A program made the position numbers and the translations under genes. The notes below the pieces were generated by a model. That model did no database searches, was not told the DNA's origin, and worked only from the letters and a program-made list of their open reading frames with translations. From Octopus vulgaris (taxonomy: Eukaryota), in contig OX597820.1 in the NCBI GenBank assembly GCA_951406725.2, forward strand, positions 124,992,001 to 125,056,000: DNA of 64,000 nt, in the 5' to 3' direction. Below, piece by piece: positions 62,591-64,000 of this stretch (positions are counted from its first letter, which is position 1; the number at the start of each line of letters is the position of its first letter).

Positions 62591-62970
62591 GAAACAGTAG
62601 GATGTATTTTTCCAGCAGAAATATTCGGAGACAGAAACATTCGAAATCTCAATAGAAAATGCTTATCAAAATCGTTTGTATATTATGCTACAAAGGAACA
62701 AATAACAACATATATTACTGAAATTGTGTATATATATGGTTAGCATAGAATCTGCTAAAATCTAAGTAAGCACTGCATGCATATTCCTTCATATACAGTA
62801 ACAAAACAAAGCAATAAAAAGATTCTACATTTTCTAAGACTAATAGGTTTACCTCAAAAGAATATAGTTAGGACTTAATAAGTACATAGTATTTGTACTC
62901 CAAGGAAGACAACAACAACAAGAACACAACTGTGATTTTAGCATAGCGAAATATCAATCGTGTATACGCC

Positions 62971-63024
<54 letters not shown>

Positions 63025-63365
63025 TATAATAAATATATCAATCGTGTATACTTTTTTTACCCCCACTAATTTTTATCGTATGACCCGCTTTTGTCTTGGC
63101 TACGGGTGGAAGGGGCTGGTAAAACTTTCATTCAAACTTTGAATTTCTGGTACTGGTCATGCTTTCTGTCGACACTGAGTTGAGATAATGCCTTCGTATC
63201 TCAAAATTACAATTATTAAATTGTAGTATCCGCCGATAAAGTTTGGAATAAATTTTCATTCTTATCCTTAAAACTTGATTTGAAACGTACGTCCGTAGGT
63301 AATTAAATTGTATGATAGATTGCCGTCATTTCATTCTTTCTCTAGTCGTGTTGCCTTTAGTGCTG

Positions 63366-63425
<60 letters not shown>

Positions 63426-64000
63426 AAATAAGCAACAAGTATGACTCCGGTAATTTGGTAAGATCGTTTCTTACTACATCATTTTATTAAATGTTGTATG
63501 TATTACAACAGATTTAAGATGCTGAGCACTCATCAGTCAATTATAGAGGTTTTCCATTAATACAAACATTTTCAAATCAAGTGGCAACCTTATAGAGAAG
63601 GTAGATACACAGACAAAGATGTGGATTTAAATTTTAAGAACATATGAGGTAGTGAAGTCCTTCCACTGACTGACTAAGATGTGGCTGTCCCTAACTGCTG
63701 TAAGGTTAGAAGCAATAAAGGTTTTTTAATTGTAGAAATGGGGTAAAGGAGGTTTCAGAACTCCATAAAAGGAATTCATGTTGAAGACCGCAATTGCCAC
63801 TAATAAATGCCAATTACTGCTATTTGGTAAGAGAAACTAGGTCAGTGTTTCATATATATATATGCAAACACATACACTCTCATATACATGCAACGAAGAT
63901 AAGAATGGAGAAATTAGCATGTTTAGTTGGTGATTACACCCCATACAATACCGACGGTCGTTTCTGTTGGGTCAACATATGCAAACAGAAGTTAGTGAAA

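Noticed and set aside
63495-63545. CTGATGA-GTGC(TCA)GCAT on the minus strand as a hammerhead
   Set aside because: No GAAA after stem II and no convincing stems I or III.

Overview
AT-rich, microsatellite-dense eukaryotic genomic DNA. The SINE families, (TA)n load and repeat landscape are typical of an octopus or other coleoid cephalopod; this is an inference. The only well-supported host coding sequence is one 171-nt + strand exon (19686-19856) of a GABA-B receptor subunit-2-like class C GPCR, so most of the window is probably very large introns. The rest is mobile DNA: five decayed mariner-type transposons, piggyBac and hAT-like fragments, RTE, R4/Dong and CRE-like non-LTR retrotransposon remnants, and many tRNA-derived SINEs. 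The most interesting signal is a set of short non-coding cassettes in or beside (TA)n tracts, many built as 40-145 bp inverted repeats and several carrying minimal type I hammerhead-ribozyme folds. One has an intact catalytic core (10393-10440). One pair (33741-33775 and 33981-34015) has a compensatory A3:U8 pair in place of the conserved C3:G8 pair. They resemble Penelope-like pseudo-LTR or retrozyme units with no partner ORF in the window. A candidate antisense exon with a PAN/apple-like cysteine pattern lies at 61015-61255. Nearly all ORF-track entries are microsatellite artefacts. Coordinates of decayed repeats are approximate.
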